The position numbers were made by a program, and so were the translations under genes. 64,000 bases of DNA from Chlorokybus atmophyticus (taxonomy: Eukaryota > Plantae > Mesostigma and Chlorokybus algae), in the NCBI GenBank assembly GCA_009103225.1, contig RHPI01003508.1:124001-188000 (forward strand), given 5' to 3'. Within the stretch, counting starts at the first letter, position 1. Each line of letters begins with the position of its first letter. Under the pieces are notes generated by a model that did no database searches, had not been told where the DNA came from, and saw only the letters and a program-made list of their open reading frames with translations. Below, piece after piece: positions 58,400 to 64,000 of the stretch.

Positions 58400-60772
58400 C
58401 ACTGTCGCAACTTTAGTTCAACACCATCTCAAAGGGAGTACGTGCGCAGCTGGAGGCGGTCTTCGAGGCCAAGGCATTGGCGGCAGTGGTGTGGTCGTGG
58501 ACGGTTGAGTCTGCGGCGGAGGCGTGCGCCGTGGTGGTTGTGGGTTGCCGAAGGTGATCCCGTAAAGGTAAGCTATCAGCCAGTGTGTTGGGCTGTCTGA
58601 AGCATCTGGGTCGTTGGTGTGGGCAGCTGCGTGCTTTTGGGGTGCGAGCTTGAGGCTTACGTGCAAGCGAGCGCTGGGAGAGTAAGCATGGGCGACGTCA
58701 GGCATGGTTGATCTCATCTTGCGAAACCAGCGTGCAGCTGCTGAGCTGCTGCCCGGCCTCGCATGCAAGCGCCAGTCGCTGTCTTCAGTTGCATTCAAGT
58801 GCGGTCTCATCAGTGTCTCGCATGCGTCTGCTTGGTATCTGTCTGCCGCATGCATAGGTGTGCGCAAGCGAGTCAGCTGTCCGTAACTGCCCAGGCCAAC
58901 TTTTCCCTGAGTTGCTACAGCCTGGCCAGTTTTGGACAGTGATAATTGCAGTACACTAGTGCGGCACTGGTGCAGTTCAGTTGTCACTTTTAAGGTCGTC
59001 TGTTGTCGGTGTGGCGGCGACTGCGAAGCGGAACTTGCGAACTTTGAAGTTTTGTGAAGCCTGTCTAATGGAATATGTAGTGATTATGCTGGTGTGACAG
59101 GAGCACGAGGTGTTTGGCTTTGCATGTAAGCCAGCACCGCTGGCAGTTGGTGGTGTGCGGGTGCATGTGTTCTGAATAAGGTAGCCGTGTCCTCGTGCAG
59201 GCCGGATGCTTAACAGATAACAGATCGTGGTTTACTTGTGCCTGCGGCTCCATGGATGTCGCTTGTTGAAAGCTATTTGCTTCTAGTCGTGGGCGGTGTT
59301 CCATGTGGTTATTGTAGTAGTAGCGGAGACGCACAGTTCTGCCCAGCTTCAACAAGCCATATCCGTCTCACAGGGCAGCTGCTGATCACCTTCGTTTGCA
59401 ACAAAAACACTGGATATGTTGACTGTTACATCAGCTGATCGGTGGCCTCCACTTGGCAGGCAACCATGTCACGGATGTCCGTGGTGCTTCTCTGCACCTG
59501 CTTGCTCGCAGCAGTCTCCGCTGCCCGCGCACAGCTTTTCCTTGCCCCTCCTCCTCCACCTCCACCTGATGAACTGGTGTCTGATATCAGCCGGTAAGTG
59601 TCTCATGCTCGTAGCAGCTTTCTTGTCCATGCCTGCGTGCCTGCCTGCACTGACTCGGTCGTGTTTGTCTTGTCGAAGTCTTCTGATTGAGCTCGACCAG
59701 TCCTCAAAAGATGCCCCGGTCAGCCTTCTGGAGGCTGAACAATGGCCTGCCAACAACTACAGCCTCGCATACGACCCAACAACTGGCTTCGCAGGTACAT
59801 GTAGTTGCGTTTCTCCTATTGCTAGCCATGCATGTTTCAGGTGACTAATCTGTTGTGTGCACGTGCAGTTAACGCGCTCTTCGCCCCATTCAAGGATGGA
59901 ACCGCCATTTCTACTGTTGCCATCCGCACGAGCAGTGACGCACCATGGATTATAGTGGCTTCCGAACTTGACACCCTGCGATCAAGCGGTACAGAAGGCG
60001 CTGTTGTTGTCGGCGAGACAGTCATCTCTCCACGAGAAGAAGGCGTTTCCATCATGGCATGTGATGGAGTGTTCCTGTCTTGGTCTTATCAGGTATGGAG
60101 CAAGGTGTCTTTTGTGCAATTGCGATGTGTTCACTCTGCTTGGGTGTTAATTTTATTGGCTGGCAGGGTGCAATTGTCAATGGACCCACCGTTAGCATTC
60201 AGAAGGGCGACCTTGAAGTCCGCGTGCGCTATGGCAAGCGTATTGCTCTCCGGCAGGCTTCTGGCCCTGTGTCTACCGGCGCTTTGAACCTTCTCATCAG
60301 TGAGTGCAGCAAGCTCAACTTGCAGTGCAGCAATTTCTTCTTGCCAGACGGCTTGCTGACCTCTAGCTGTCCTGCTCAGGTGGAGCAACTCTCACGGCAG
60401 CGCATGTTGACGGCGACCTTGTGCTCCGCAAAGTGTCTGACATTGGTCAGGTGGAGGAGCTGGGCGCACCAGCTGAATTTGGTAGGTGCCTTTGTTGTGA
60501 CTTGCTGCCAAGTTCTACACCTGCATGCGCGCCATTGCTAACTTGGTGCCGGCAATGCAGAGATCAGCAGCCTGTTTGATGTGGAGACTCCTCGGGCAAG
60601 GCTGCAGCCAACCATTCAGGAAGCTCACCCCTTCTCCGCAGCCGTGTCTTCCGAATTGGTGGATGAGGCTTCGGACAATGTTTCAGAAAATACTGTTCAA
60701 ACTGCCCTGCAGACTGCCGCTGCCCGCCTTCGTGGTTCCCGGAAACTGAAGCTTGACTTGGCTCGTCAGTAA
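58400..60772 (+). CDS. Unidentified multi-exon gene (host or TE-derived)
   Basis: Open GT-AG-bounded segments near 59690-59797, 59869-60092, 60166-60300 and 60560-60772 (e.g. WPANNYSLAYDPTTGFA|VNALFAPFKDGTAISTVAIRTSSDAPWIIV..., GAIVNGPTVSIQKGDLEVRVRYGKRIALRQ); 5' structure uncertain. Confidence 0.4.
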
Positions 60773-61548
60773 TGAGACATGATATGCTCCTGAGCTGGTT
60801 GAATTTGAGCAGTGTCTAAGTTGAAGTCGTGTAGGTGTCAATAGTTACTCCTATAAGTAGTGCCTATAGCAACTAGTTCCCCCAGTCAGTTGAGTGTTGA
60901 CCATCAGGCGCTGTTGTCGGTGCGTGATGGCGCTGGTGTCCAGTGCTCCCTCTTCATAGACAATGTGGTTCGCACACCAAGCACTTGCTTGGTCTACTTC
61001 CACGCCCATGTGTGCATCTAGAGCTTGTAGCCTAGCACCCTAGAATTCCCGTGGTATATAATCAACAAGTGTGGTGCTTCTTCCATGTTTACTGTCGTTG
61101 GTAGTGACTGCGATGCCTGAGTGCACTGTTGCTATGGTGCGCAGGCAAACAATGGCAACACGTGCACACATAGTCTGCGTTGCACCACAACTGATCAGCA
61201 GCTTTCTCCACCCACAATACAGCCACGCACACATCATCAGTCCATCACAGCACGCAGGTAGCCATGAGCACAACAGCTTTACCATACATGCATGCGCAGA
61301 CTACATGGCACTGCAGGTTGAAACACAGCTTCGGTTGAACTCAGCACCATGCGTGCAATGCTGGCTTGAGCGTTGCCACGCCACCACAGTATACCTGCTG
61401 GATGTTGATTGCTACTACTGTGTTATTGTGTACTTTGTGCAATGGCGTGTACCATGCTGTTTCTGACCGGAGAGATTGTACTGGACGAGGCAAGCCCTCC
61501 TCCCTGTCTCATTTGTGACATTCGCTGTCACAAGTTCAAATGCTCGAC

Positions 61549-62285
<737 letters not shown>

Positions 62286-63028
62286 NCATAACAGGCAAAT
62301 TCGCAGCACGCCACTTTGCAATGCGGCATTGAGCCTGGTTGACTAGCAGGATGAGGACATCCAGCTGTCTGTCCATAGACTCTGCAATCAGACACTCGCC
62401 TTCATTACTGTTGTGTCCCACACAGCGTGATATGGACAGATGCGGTCTAGTGTCCATCTGCACGCTAGCGGTTGTGCATGTTTGCGTGCGGTTAAAGCAG
62501 CAAATGGTCATAAAGGCTCTCACACATGTCAAAGTGCAGCGGTGATCAGACATTAGAGGGCATGCTCCAACATGTCACGCGCCGCCGCGTGCCTCCCATG
62601 CGGGTCATAACCCCAGTGGAAGCGTGCAGTTTTGAAGCATGTGGCAACTTATGTCGTTCCATCCAAGCAGACACAAAGTATTATAAATAGCGCGCGAACA
62701 GGTGCGTCTGCTTTATTATCCACGGGGCATGTCTCTGCAGCCCCGGCACACTCCTGCTGATACAGAATGAATCCCCTCACTGAAACCAAACCCCTATCGA
62801 CCTGCTACAGCTAGCCACAATCACTATGACCTATCGTATCCCGTATAGCTTACAACAGAAGAAATCGTTAGAAACACAGGTGCCCCCACACGTGCTACCA
62901 GAAGTGAACAAAAAATATCGCACGCATGCGTTGCGAATCTGCGCATGCGTTGCGGTGCCGTGCCATATACTCGCATCCCGCGCGGTATACTCGCATCCCC
63001 AGCGCACGCTAGCTATTGTACACATAAT

Positions 63029-64000
63029 TTAACTTACTTCTACACCCAAGTTGCGCAAGGCCAACGCGGCAGCGCGCTTCCCTAGATCAGTGCCGTTTGT
63101 AAGCAACTGCTTCAATGGTGCAACCGCACCTGCCTTGGCAATCGCAGCCTGCACATACAAATGGGTACTGTTACTAAGGTGCGAGCAGTGCTGAATGGGT
63201 GCATGGATTGACACATATAGCATGCACACAGCGCTACACGAGGGTCCCAAGCAGTACCTTAGAGTCGTTGTTGAAGGAGAGGTTGCAGAGTGCATTCGCT
63301 GCGGCAGCTCTGCCATCAGCCGAGTCGCGCTTCAGCATCCTTACGAGCAGCGGGATAGCACCCTGCTTGCCGATGATCACCTAGAAGTAAAAAAACCAGT
63401 CAGAAAAGACATGTGCGCCAGCGCCCAGTAGGCACACATGGCTTCGCAACGCGTACCTTGTTTTCCGTATTGAGTGCAAGATTGGCTAGCGCCAATGCTG
63501 CGGCCTCCTTGCCACCGCTGCCGCCCTTCTTGAGAAGGCCAACAAGCGGGGGGATGGCACCCTCCCTGGCAATGATCACCTACAAGGACAGAAGAGAGCA
63601 CTGTCAGAGACGCGTCTATTATGGAGAGAGTGCTCAACCTTGCAAGCACAAAGTCAAACTTACTGTGTTCTCTGCATTGTACGCAGAAAGGTTGCGTAGC
63701 GCTTCCGCCGCAACCTCCTGTACTGTCGGGAGCCCATGGCGCAGCAAGCTGACCAGTGGTGGGATTGCACCCTCCCTTGCCACCTCAACCTTGTTGTTGG
63801 CATCTTTGTCGCACAGGTTGCAAAGTGCGGCAGCAGCGGCTTCCTGGCCTTGCGGTGAGGATGTAGAGCGCAGAAGCTCGACCAAAGGTGTAACCGCGCC
63901 TTCCAGGGCAATGATCACTTTGTTGTCGTTGTTGCGCGCAAGCTTGCACAACACGCGCGCCGCAGCTTCCTTTTGCCATGGGCTGCCGTGGCGAAGCAAG
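63029..64000 (-). CDS. Armadillo (ARM) repeat protein, 3' exons; 5' end beyond window
   Basis: Exons >64000-63664, 63579-63457, 63380-63258 and 63148-63029 splice in phase 0; repeats of IA.EGAIPPLV.LL..G....KEAAA.AL.NL. Confidence 0.92.

Noticed and set aside
57400-59000. Suspected tyrosine-recombinase (DIRS/Crypton) remnant
   Set aside because: No R-H-R-Y catalytic motifs or RT found in any frame I translated.

Overview
Eukaryotic, intron-rich, green-lineage DNA. It is probably an alga, and an early-diverging streptophyte is plausible, but this is inference. Two host genes bracket the window: a 10-exon mRNA cap guanine-N7 methyltransferase (minus strand, <1-3133) and an ARM-repeat gene (minus, 63029->64000). 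Most of the interior is nested transposons, and nearly every insertion junction can be rebuilt from the sequence. A Helitron (3' end ~3318, fragments to ~37530) contains an 89-bp-LTR TRIM, a 1.58-kb non-autonomous Plavaka derivative and a 28-kb Ty3/gypsy-type element (8155-36422). That element encodes gag-PR-C5 DNA methyltransferase-RT-RNaseH-DDE integrase-PHD and has split direct repeats (A1...B1-A2-B2) instead of ordinary LTRs. Its gag is split by a 16.6-kb Plavaka DNA transposon (9832-26386). The Plavaka carries cargo genes, including a Tudor-linked bacteriophage-type C5 DNA methyltransferase and an OTU-like protease, and is itself hit by a deleted copia element. Further right are more TRIMs, two decayed chromoviruses with a Dam-like domain between gag and protease, long GA/TC microsatellites, a double perfect hairpin and an unidentified spliced gene. 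The main theme is three different DNA-methyltransferase-like cargoes in three transposon lineages. Most TE ORFs carry stops or frameshifts. Family assignments come from remembered motifs, not from database searches.
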